Below are positions 55,868-64,000 of a DNA stretch of 64,000 nucleotides, in pieces. The stretch is from positions 34,113-98,112 of the IMG/VR virus record IMGVR_UViG_3300023109_000011. One strand, written 5' to 3'. This DNA comes from a virus. The first letter of the stretch is position 1, and the number at the start of each line of letters is the position of its first letter. Made by a program: the position numbers and the translations under genes. The notes under the pieces are model-generated. The model was not told the DNA's origin and searched no databases. It worked only from the letters and a program-made list of their open reading frames with translations.

Positions 55868-57778
55868 TTAATAACCGCCGCCACTGGAAGATGAACTTCC
55901 GCTGGATGATCCTGTTGTTTGCAGAGTTCCAATAGTCGAACTTGAAGAAGTTCCAGTTGCCATGGCTGATTCTTCCAATACCGAAACAAATATATCTTCA
56001 TCTCTTAACAGGAATACTCGACCCTGAGGAGATTTAACATCACTACTCTTAATGTTTGCTTTAATCTTAATTGCACTACCAGTATATTCTTCAACAATAA
56101 AGTTTGACAATACAACGTTACCTGTGTCATAATTGACCTTGCCTGCTGTTGGGTTTACAACCTGTGGATCAGTCGCGTCATCAGTGACTGTCATAATATT
56201 ACCCATACCATCGTCCTGCAAATAAACACATACACCATTTACATCAAATGGAGTACTTGTAACCGCGGGCTTATAACCACTAAATCCGTTAGCAGCTCTA
56301 AAAGGATATGGCCTAACCAGCTGGGCTTCAAAGTTAAATGAAGGAGCGGTTCGTACATTTAGAATAGGAGCATACTCAATGTAAGGTGTGACTATAATTG
56401 ATGTACTTTGAATAGCAGTATCGATACTATCAATCTGACTTGCTAATCTACTCTTACGTAAAGAAGTATTAAAGTTCTCAAGATTATTATCTGAATAAGC
56501 TTGTACTATTTGACGTATAGATGATTCAAGTTGCGAAGCATTCTTTTCTGTTTCTTTTAATGTGAATATAGTATCAACGCTAAGCTCAGCGTAAATAAAC
56601 TTAGTTTGTACAAATACAGGCTCAATACCTAGAGGACTCTTTTCTGATAGGTAAGCAATAAATGCATTACTCAATGTTGAGCTAATTAACTGAGTAGTAC
56701 TATCTAAGTAAACTGAAATAGCAACCTTACCAAACTGAGGTGGATCGAGATCTTCACCACCATAAGCTGCAACTGCTTTAATTTCTGGAAATTTTTGCTG
56801 CAATAAGATTTCGTAATCTTTAGTTGTGCAAGCTCGTTCTTGAATTTGCAATGCCTTAGGTGCGAAGTAACGAATGCTCTCAATACTTTCTCGTTCTTCA
56901 CCACCGGCTGCGGCCGTAGTTGTTTGACATTCGATAGTAGCGTTTTCTAAAAATCCGGCTGAGAATTGACTAGCACCATTTGATTCATTGCCTGAACAAA
57001 TACGATACCTTACACGGACATCTTCGAATTCTTGAGGTTGTAAACCAAACTCGTTCTTACCAAAGTAAATCGAATAACGATCATCGTAATAAGGTTCTAT
57101 ATAGAATACTCGATCCGTGGGTTTTACACCATAAATCGTAGTTGCTCGTGTAAAGACGTTTTGATCTTCAGTTGCTTCAGCATCAACGAATACTACAATA
57201 CTGTTTGTATCAACTTCGTTGTTTGAAAGATAGACTCGTAATACTCCATCAGCATCAATAATAAATCCTTCTCGCTGGAAGCTCGTTAACATCTGACCTT
57301 CGAAAATATCTACATTTTCTGCGATGAAAGTTACTTCACGTGTAATTGGATCAATATTTTTACGAGCAACATATGTTTGTTCAGTGACAAAATTAAATGT
57401 TTCACCCTGGTAGCTTGAACTAAAGCTGCTATAGGTTGGAATCGTAATGGTTGAGTTTTCTTCATCAGGCGCTGTAATTACAAGCCTTATCGTTGCTTTA
57501 GCTGACCTGCGAGATCTTGGAATATAATTTAATTCTTTAGCATGGGAAACAACGGAGTTCTTAATGACGGCCGAGTCAAGAAACATTTCGTTGATTGCCA
57601 TATTGGTATAGAAGTTATTTTGGAACGTGTTAAAAGCGAGTACATCGAGCAAAGCAGCCATGTTACTACCTTCAAAGTTGTAATCTTTGAATTGTGCCTG
57701 TTGCGCTAAATACGTTTTTAACTGACTTTTAATACCTTCAAAGTCAAGTTCCGTAATTGGAGTTTTTGGATTGGCCAT
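55868..57778 (-). CDS. gp6: Baseplate wedge subunit gp6
   Basis: ITELDFEGIK..LK.YL..Q..FKDYNFEGSNM..LLDVLA; EMFLDSA; VSHAKELNYIPRS; ESIESIRYFAP; QERA.T..DY; PPQFGKV. Confidence 0.95.
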   Translation of the reverse strand: MANPKTPITELDFEGIKSQLKTYLAQQAQFKDYNFEGSNMAALLDVLAFNTFQNNFYTNMAINEMFLDSAVIKNSVVSHAKELNYIPRSRRSAKATIRLVITAPDEENSTITIPTYSSFSSSYQGETFNFVTEQTYVARKNIDPITREVTFIAENVDIFEGQMLTSFQREGFIIDADGVLRVYLSNNEVDTNSIVVFVDAEATEDQNVFTRATTIYGVKPTDRVFYIEPYYDDRYSIYFGKNEFGLQPQEFEDVRVRYRICSGNESNGASQFSAGFLENATIECQTTTAAAGGEERESIESIRYFAPKALQIQERACTTKDYEILLQQKFPEIKAVAAYGGEDLDPPQFGKVAISVYLDSTTQLISSTLSNAFIAYLSEKSPLGIEPVFVQTKFIYAELSVDTIFTLKETEKNASQLESSIRQIVQAYSDNNLENFNTSLRKSRLASQIDSIDTAIQSTSIIVTPYIEYAPILNVRTAPSFNFEAQLVRPYPFRAANGFSGYKPAVTSTPFDVNGVCVYLQDDGMGNIMTVTDDATDPQVVNPTAGKVNYDTGNVVLSNFIVEEYTGSAIKIKANIKSSDVKSPQGRVFLLRDEDIFVSVLEESAMATGTSSSSTIGTLQTTGSSSGSSSSSGGGY

Positions 57779-57780
57779 CT

Positions 57781-58197
57781 TTATCTTATCCTTTCTAGTA
57801 TGACGTCTAGTTGTATTGGCGCGCTAGTATTTTTAATGTAGAATGTTACTCTTACACTTACTGTATTATCATCAATAATAGATGAAACCAAAACATCAAT
57901 GAGTTCAGCTCTAGGTTCGTAATTCTTTATTGTGTTTTTTACTTTTTCTTCTATTAACTTGAGAGTACCCGGTGTCACATTTTCAAATAATAAAGCTCGT
58001 ATGCCACCACCTAAAAAAGGCTGCATAGGACGTTCACCAGGATCAGTTAATAGCAAATTACGAATCGCTTCTTTAACAGCAGCTTCGTCTTTGTTTACAG
58101 TCAGGTCTTGAGAGACAGGAGAAATCTGCAGGTCTTTTTTAAAGTCCGCATATAGTGTCGGTCTTTTACTGACTGGCGTTTTAACTACTACTGTCAT
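57781..58197 (-). CDS. gp25: Baseplate wedge subunit gp25
   Basis: AVKEAIRNLLLTDPGERPMQP.LG..IRALLFE...IKNYEPR. Confidence 0.93.
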   Translation of the reverse strand: MTVVVKTPVSKRPTLYADFKKDLQISPVSQDLTVNKDEAAVKEAIRNLLLTDPGERPMQPFLGGGIRALLFENVTPGTLKLIEEKVKNTIKNYEPRAELIDVLVSSIIDDNTVSVRVTFYIKNTSAPIQLDVILERIR

Positions 58198-59783
58198 CTT
58201 GGTACGTTCCTGATGTCTAGATGAATCTCATCGTCTTTGATGACGATATATTTAAATCCAGCTTTAAATGCTTGTTCTTGAAAGTCTTCTATACTTTTGA
58301 TTGAAGTAGCAACACTCAAGTCTTCGCTCGGAATATCAAAACTAAAATCGTTCTTTATATCTATAACAAGCCCACTTAAGTGACTATTTTCTGGATCCCC
58401 ACCCACTTTCTCATTATATTCCGTACTGTACCACCCTCTGGTAATAGTAATATCTTTACCAAGTACTTTTCTCAATCTCATTAGATATACTTTAACATCT
58501 AAATCAATTCGTGTATAACCTGTAATTCCAAGATCTTCTACCCAGTCACCCGAAACTTTAATCCCTTTATGACCAGACTTAAATACTTTACCACATACAG
58601 GAAGTTCTTGATATTCCTTTGCGGTAATCGGCTTTACTGCTATGGGCTTTTCGCCAGTAGAGGTAACGACCTCTCCGTTGTTATCACCATCCCACATAGC
58701 TCTTAATCTATTTATGGCTTCTTCACGACGTTCAGGAGAATATCTTATTGCTCCATTACGAATTGCAGTCGATGTATTAATGTTTGAGATTGCTTCCATC
58801 CGGCGAACAATACGTTGAAACCTTAATCCATAATCATCGAGTGGATTCATGATATCTTTAAGTAATGCTTCGACATTAGCTGCAAGGGCACAGAACCTAA
58901 AGACAAGATAACGAATTTGTTCTAATCCTGGGCTTTCTAATAGACTTACCGCATAGTCAACGAATCCTTTGAGCTTATCTTTAATACTCTTTTTATTCTC
59001 ATCAGTCAATACAGTACATAATTGTTCTTTAGCAGTCATAATTGCTTTAACACTCGCCAAAGATCCTTCGGTAAACTCACCGATAATATTCTCAACATTA
59101 AAGTTAGCAATCGCATCTTCAACTTCTTGGAATACTTTCTCAGCGATATCTTCCATCTTTTGTTTAATTTGATTAATTAAAAACGTAATAAGACCTTGCT
59201 GAGCAATTTCAGGAGGATATCCTTCAAACTCATTAATTTTCTGAATGAAAGCTAATGCATCGGTAATGATGCCATCAATTACTCCTATTAGATCATAGAA
59301 CGCATCGATCTTTTGAAATATATTTGTCATAGTACTACAAAATCCACCGAGTAAACTATCACTAAACGAAGAAGTATAATAATTATTCAGCTCTCGTAAT
59401 AGTTTAGTAAAATCAGTTTGATTTGCAATACCCTGTGGTGTATAATTAAATGCTTCCATAAAGTCCGCTACTTCGATAGCAGTCATATTTCCAGAAGCCC
59501 AGCGAGTTTGTATTTCAGGATAGTCGTTTAAATTGTTCGCCATTAATTCTTTAAACAATCCATTCAAATACGAAACCGTATTATTAAGTCCATCACCAAA
59601 CGCGTTTGTCATTCGAGTTAAAGCGTTGTTGTTAGCATTTTCTGCAATGTTCTTCGAAAGCTCTTCGGTAAAAACCGCGATTTGAGCTGTCGTATACTCA
59701 CCATTAAAGTTAACGGAAGGACCTGTACTCAGTGATAAAGTATTTTGAGTAATTTGATCTCTTAAGTCAATACAATTAGCCAC
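58194..59783 (-). CDS. Helical baseplate-associated protein with C-terminal peptidase M15A-like Zn domain
   Basis: ITITRGWY...NEKVGG...NSHLSGLVIDI...IHLDIR gives H-x6-D...H Zn ligands. Confidence 0.7.
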   Translation of the reverse strand: MANCIDLRDQITQNTLSLSTGPSVNFNGEYTTAQIAVFTEELSKNIAENANNNALTRMTNAFGDGLNNTVSYLNGLFKELMANNLNDYPEIQTRWASGNMTAIEVADFMEAFNYTPQGIANQTDFTKLLRELNNYYTSSFSDSLLGGFCSTMTNIFQKIDAFYDLIGVIDGIITDALAFIQKINEFEGYPPEIAQQGLITFLINQIKQKMEDIAEKVFQEVEDAIANFNVENIIGEFTEGSLASVKAIMTAKEQLCTVLTDENKKSIKDKLKGFVDYAVSLLESPGLEQIRYLVFRFCALAANVEALLKDIMNPLDDYGLRFQRIVRRMEAISNINTSTAIRNGAIRYSPERREEAINRLRAMWDGDNNGEVVTSTGEKPIAVKPITAKEYQELPVCGKVFKSGHKGIKVSGDWVEDLGITGYTRIDLDVKVYLMRLRKVLGKDITITRGWYSTEYNEKVGGDPENSHLSGLVIDIKNDFSFDIPSEDLSVATSIKSIEDFQEQAFKAGFKYIVIKDDEIHLDIRNVPR

Positions 59784-59786
59784 TGC

Positions 59787-61538
59787 TTAATCCTCCAGAT
59801 TCGTATTAAAGGTGCCGGGTACATGTCCTTTTCGATTTACAAATGGATCTTTTTGAATTGACATATTTTTCGCTGGTGGCTCGGGAGCCTTGATCATTTC
59901 CATACCGTATCCGGATCCTAATAGCGGAGGAATGATTCCTCCAAAGAACGCTGTGAAGGGAGAGGTGAGAACTTGAGCTAGGAATAGGTCTCCATTACCT
60001 CTCGGATACGCCATCCCAGAAGCCATCGGAAACAACGGTGGGGCTGGATTACTAATGGCCGGTACGTTTAATATTGGCACAGTTGGTATGCTTACATTGG
60101 GTATAGTCGATGGCGTAACACGACCAGGACCGGGGGAACAAGGACTACCTGGTGATGAACTAATAGGCAATGGAGCACCTAATGTCGCAAAGTCTCCTCG
60201 AGTTCCTCCTACCTTTGTTGCTTGAACCGCAGTAGCATTTACAAGCTTTGTATTGACAGAAACGGTTGCTGTTAAAATACCAGTGCTCATACCAGTTGCA
60301 TTCCATAGACCGGTAAAGCTTCCATTAGCAGCAACCATGTTTACAGTAGGTGCTATAACACTTAAACCAGCAGAAGTAGGAACACCAATAGTACCAGATG
60401 CAAGAGATGTCGGTGTATCTTTCGGTGATGGAGGAACTAATCCAGTGAAAGTCATTAAGCCATTTGAAGCCTGAAGATGAAAATCCATTGGAGAAGTAAG
60501 CTTAATACCTTTCGAAGCATAGACATTAAAGTCTTGCAACGCGTTATTTTTAATATGATTCGAAACATTATTAATCTGTTGTTCTGCTTCGATCTTAATT
60601 TGTTTTTTACCAAACAATGTAAGGGTATCAGTGTTTGCTTCGACTTTAACAGTTGAACCTCGTATGTTAACACCATCACCAGTATTTAAGAATAAGTTCA
60701 TGCCTGAACCAATCTCAGTTGTGCCACCCACTAATAGTTTGTAGTTACCGGTAACTTCTTCTGTTTTATTACCATTCACTTTAACAAAAGCGTCGCCATT
60801 AATTGTAATGATGCTACCTGACGAAGATTCGTGTTTTGTTCCTATATTAATCTCATAACGGTCGCCTTCTGCTCGCTCAGTAGTAGTACCTTTCGCATCG
60901 ATTTGAATAAAAGAACCAGTTTTATGGTGAATCATAATTCGCTCACCACCGGGTGTATCATCTAATTCTATAGTGTGGTGGCTGGTTTCGATTACCTGAT
61001 TGTAAGGATATACTGTAGAGTAAGCAGACGGTGGTTGCTCCCACTTTTCTTCTCTACCTGCAATGTCTTGGTTCCTTTTTACATTCGCTGATACTTGGTT
61101 GTGAAAAGTTTTTCCGACATCCTCGGCTCTAGCAAGTTTAGATCTTTGATGATGACCAATATCTTCAGGTGTAAATCCTTTTGCTAACAGAGGTGCTACT
61201 TCTCCGTTCTTAACAGGAATAACACCATATCCGTCAGCGGTTGGAAACATTTCTTCTACATACTGAGTAGGAATCATTCCCAGAATCATTGGATGTTGAG
61301 CTTCGTCGCCATCAGTAAATATACCGAATACAAACGAATTGATTGGTGGTATAGGAGAGTTTGGATCGTAGTGACCTGAAACACATATAGCCCAAGGAAG
61401 ATCTTGAGTAGGAATGTTCGCGTGGGTCCCGTGGACGCCGAACGCGCGCACCTGCACCCGACCTTGAAATTGTCGATCGTCATTATTCTCTACGACTCCG
61501 ATGAAGAACATCGGATTAGGTATACCAATTCCTCTCAT
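59787..61538 (-). CDS. gp5: Baseplate hub/spike protein gp5-like, lacking a lysozyme domain
   Basis: OB-fold FFIGVVE...GRVQVRAFGVH...DLPWA; YPYNQVIET..HTIELDDTPGGERI..HHKTGSF; VNGNKTEEVTGNYKLLVGG beta-helix repeats. Confidence 0.9.
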   Translation of the reverse strand: MRGIGIPNPMFFIGVVENNDDRQFQGRVQVRAFGVHGTHANIPTQDLPWAICVSGHYDPNSPIPPINSFVFGIFTDGDEAQHPMILGMIPTQYVEEMFPTADGYGVIPVKNGEVAPLLAKGFTPEDIGHHQRSKLARAEDVGKTFHNQVSANVKRNQDIAGREEKWEQPPSAYSTVYPYNQVIETSHHTIELDDTPGGERIMIHHKTGSFIQIDAKGTTTERAEGDRYEINIGTKHESSSGSIITINGDAFVKVNGNKTEEVTGNYKLLVGGTTEIGSGMNLFLNTGDGVNIRGSTVKVEANTDTLTLFGKKQIKIEAEQQINNVSNHIKNNALQDFNVYASKGIKLTSPMDFHLQASNGLMTFTGLVPPSPKDTPTSLASGTIGVPTSAGLSVIAPTVNMVAANGSFTGLWNATGMSTGILTATVSVNTKLVNATAVQATKVGGTRGDFATLGAPLPISSSPGSPCSPGPGRVTPSTIPNVSIPTVPILNVPAISNPAPPLFPMASGMAYPRGNGDLFLAQVLTSPFTAFFGGIIPPLLGSGYGMEMIKAPEPPAKNMSIQKDPFVNRKGHVPGTFNTNLED

Positions 61539-61539
61539 A

Positions 61540-62964
61540 TTATTCCTTTCCTAGGTCTCCGGCTCCATCACTCCAATCATACTTAACTATTTTACAAATA
61601 GTGTTTAGTACGTTACCATCAACTTTGTTTATTACTCCGGTGATAAGGTATTTACCACTTAACTGTTTATTTCTACCAGATTTATTACTAGCATCGAGCT
61701 CTCGTATATTAATATCAGTTATCATACCAGGCATTAAATCTAATCGACCTTTTAAAGCAATAGTAGCACTCGTTGCGTTAGCGTGTTGATTATACATGAT
61801 TTTATGTGCAGTCGTTTCTCGATAGAATTTCTCGTCTGCGGTTTGAGCTGATCCGCTTTCTTTATCACTATACTCTCGTATAATCATAAACTGTTTAGAA
61901 TTATTTTGGTTAAATGTATCTTTTATGAATTCTTCTGAATGGATATCATTTCTTAAGCTAGCGGTTCTTCCACCAGAATCTTTATACTTGTTAACTTCTT
62001 CGTTATACTTATACGTGTATAGTTTTGTTCTATGTCGTAGCAAATCAATTTCTAAAAATGAATTTGTATATGAACCACTTAAAACTTCGTCAGCAACATC
62101 TACTCGTTTATCATTTACAAATTCTTGTATTGTACTCACTTGAACTGCAGCATCTTCAGGCTGCTTACTTGAATATGTAAAATAGTTGAGAGTAGGTACG
62201 TCATCATGTGCTTTAGCTTTTACGTGTAGCCATTCATCGGTTACTGCATGAAAGCCATCCCATCTTTCAAAGAAACGAAATGTTGATGATGGACCAATGG
62301 TTGATTTTGAATATATCCTTTTAGTGATAAACTGGATCGCTTCAGATGGACTATAATTTGGTATAGTAACTCTTAGTATTCCTCGGGTAGGAGCGATCCA
62401 CAAAAAGCGTCCAGGATCAGATTGGATCTTAAATGATTTCGTATCACTTGGTTGTTCTTTCTCGGTTCCATCAGACCAAGTTTCTTTACCTGCTGTAAGC
62501 TTACTATAATGTTTACTAAATAGATCTTCAATAACACTTTGACCTTCTTTACCATTATAAGACGTAATGATATTTTTAATGTTTGCGTTATAAGAAAGTT
62601 TAGAGATCCATTGTAAAGTATATCCGACACCATTACCACTTTCAGTTCTGTTAACATTACTAATTTTAATAATACGTGCTACTATACTTCTTGTGGTTCC
62701 AAGATCAAAGCTTTTAATTTCAAAATGTAATTCTTCTTCTCCACGGAGTGGAAGATTTTCTAAGAATCCTACGTTATCGATACAATCAATAGTACCTGAC
62801 ATTGAAACATTATTCATACCTTGGTTAATTTGAAACCCAGTAATCAAAGGTGTGATATCTTTTCCAATTTCAATAGGCGGCACCATGTACCCATCTTTGT
62901 ACCCTTGATAAGGTATTATAATAGCTTGTGTAATCTCGCAAATGCCAGGATTAAACTTTTCCAT
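61540..62964 (-). CDS. Baseplate hub protein, gp27-like
   Basis: MSGTIDCIDNVGFLENLPLRGEE; TFRFFE; LSGKYLITGV..K. Sits between gp53 and gp5. Confidence 0.7.
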   Translation of the reverse strand: MEKFNPGICEITQAIIIPYQGYKDGYMVPPIEIGKDITPLITGFQINQGMNNVSMSGTIDCIDNVGFLENLPLRGEEELHFEIKSFDLGTTRSIVARIIKISNVNRTESGNGVGYTLQWISKLSYNANIKNIITSYNGKEGQSVIEDLFSKHYSKLTAGKETWSDGTEKEQPSDTKSFKIQSDPGRFLWIAPTRGILRVTIPNYSPSEAIQFITKRIYSKSTIGPSSTFRFFERWDGFHAVTDEWLHVKAKAHDDVPTLNYFTYSSKQPEDAAVQVSTIQEFVNDKRVDVADEVLSGSYTNSFLEIDLLRHRTKLYTYKYNEEVNKYKDSGGRTASLRNDIHSEEFIKDTFNQNNSKQFMIIREYSDKESGSAQTADEKFYRETTAHKIMYNQHANATSATIALKGRLDLMPGMITDINIRELDASNKSGRNKQLSGKYLITGVINKVDGNVLNTICKIVKYDWSDGAGDLGKE

Positions 62965-63224
62965 TAATTATCGCTCATAGACCTAACGTAATCTTTAGTT
63001 AACTGGCCCAAGAATTTACTGTCAAACAAGAATATTTCTTTCTTATTTTCGTTCAAATCATATTCGTAATCATACATTCGGTATGGCTGCCATTCTTCTG
63101 GGATAATTCGCTTAACAATAATTTTACGTCCTTGCTCAGTACGTAGAATAACCCTGTCTTCTCGACGAAGGTAAATTGTTCGGAAAGATTCCGGTGCTAA
63201 TATAATATCATCTACTGCGGCCAT
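62964..63224 (-). CDS. C-terminal half of a split gp53
   Basis: MYDYEYDLNENKKEIFL matches the gp53 C-terminal Y.YE...NE.K..I motif. Has its own GAGGAG SD and TAATG coupling. Confidence 0.7.
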   Translation of the reverse strand: MAAVDDIILAPESFRTIYLRREDRVILRTEQGRKIIVKRIIPEEWQPYRMYDYEYDLNENKKEIFLFDSKFLGQLTKDYVRSMSDN

Positions 63225-63604
63225 TAGTCAACTCTCCTCACATAGTATAAAATATTGTCGTCGTTTGTTTCATCACTAATCCAATCAAGAACGTTCTCAC
63301 CGATTTCACCAGACTGATCTTGGTACTTATCGACAAGATAAGCATTAAATGTTCGTGGATCTAACGGCCACTCGTGATATGGATCAATAATGTTGTTTGC
63401 CATATACACTAACCAGATATAGTCAACGGATCCGTAATAAAACTGAGCAATGTCTTCGGCGCGCTCACCTTCTTGTACCGTATAAGGATAGTATAGGAAT
63501 GGATTGTTTTGTACAGCACTCATGAAAGAACTTCGTCGAGTAATATCTCGAACTCGTCTTCCTTGATATTCTATAGTTGGAAAAGGTTTAAAATACTTGG
63601 TCAT
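63224..63604 (-). CDS. gp53: Baseplate wedge gp53 (N-terminal LysM-like part)
   Basis: YFKPFP.I.Y...Y.V.EGERAEDIA..YYGS..Y.WLV..ANNIIDPY.EWPL. Confidence 0.88.
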   Translation of the reverse strand: MTKYFKPFPTIEYQGRRVRDITRRSSFMSAVQNNPFLYYPYTVQEGERAEDIAQFYYGSVDYIWLVYMANNIIDPYHEWPLDPRTFNAYLVDKYQDQSGEIGENVLDWISDETNDDNILYYVRRVD

Positions 63605-63630
63605 TGATTATAGTCCACTCGTTACTGATG

Positions 63631-64000
63631 TTACGCCCGGGCTACGCCGGCGCCGGTATTAATTTTAGATTCTTCTGAACCCTCTCCCTGTCCTTTAGGT
63701 GTAGCAGATTCTGCTGCACTGCTGTCTGCCTCATCTGGAGTAATAGGATAATCTTCCGCAGTATGAATAGTAAGTTCTGTAAATGAAAGTGTAAGAGTAA
63801 CCGCTGCAGGGCGTCCACCTTTCATTATTCCAACTTGCGACGCTGGCCCACTATAATCTACACTTACGTCAGTTAGCATGGCAGGTTTAAATCGTACAAA
63901 GTGACTTTCATCTACTCCTAAAAGATTTAACCTTACAACACTGGGGTACTTAAGAAATGCCCTATTCATTCCTTGAACAGTAGCCTCACCAGAACCGACC
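63631..64000 (-). CDS. gp48: Baseplate tail-tube cap gp48-like, 5' end beyond window
   Basis: FLKYP...FKPAMLTDVSVDY....GGRPAAVTLTLSFTE. The frame is open from 63969 to the window edge, and the gene lies upstream of gp53. Confidence 0.7.
   Translation of the reverse strand, partial: VGSGEATVQGMNRAFLKYPSVVRLNLLGVDESHFVRFKPAMLTDVSVDYSGPASQVGIMKGGRPAAVTLTLSFTELTIHTAEDYPITPDEADSSAAESATPKGQGEGSEESKINTGAGVARA

Noticed and set aside
437-62143. Numerous short plus-strand and alternate-frame ORFs in the track
   Set aside because: All lie within long minus-strand genes with recognisable motifs. They are shadow ORFs caused by codon bias and repeats, with no recognisable domains.
1-64000. Assigning a cyanobacterial host from the phycobiliprotein-like and cupredoxin motifs
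   Set aside because: No photosynthesis or other host-diagnostic genes are in the window, so the host cannot be determined from it.
1-64000. tRNA/rRNA genes, introns, inteins, alternative genetic code
   Set aside because: Intergenic gaps are under about 55 bp, I saw no intein or intron motifs, and genes read through intact under the standard code.

Overview
A 64 kb stretch of a large T4-like (Tevenvirinae/Kyanoviridae-style, probably aquatic) myovirus genome. It holds one continuous minus-strand late-gene region. In transcription order: gp48-like tail-tube cap (partial), gp53 split into two ORFs, gp27-like hub, gp5-like spike without a lysozyme domain, a protein with a C-terminal M15A-type Zn peptidase, gp25, gp6, gp7-like wedge, a gp9/10-type protein carrying a cupredoxin, an S8 subtilisin-like protease carrying a cupredoxin, gp8, a VrlC/DUF4815-like protein, an S74 fibre, a 3565-aa giant protein, a collagen-like S74 fibre, a PD-(D/E)xK-like nuclease, three more fibres (1376, 1142 and about 3984 aa), a sulfotransferase, a Cys/Gly/Asn-rich small protein, a thioredoxin-like protein and a partial conserved hypothetical gene. 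T4 late promoters (TATAAATA and AATAAATA variants) punctuate the region. The most striking signal is in the 3565-aa protein: 11 tandem helical repeats matching the phycobiliprotein bilin-attachment motif (L..N...I...C-x-R-D..Y.......GG). Nearby, two structural-region proteins have complete type-1 copper ligand sets. Together these hint at a pigment- or redox-decorated virion. All family calls come from motif recognition by eye; no database search was run.
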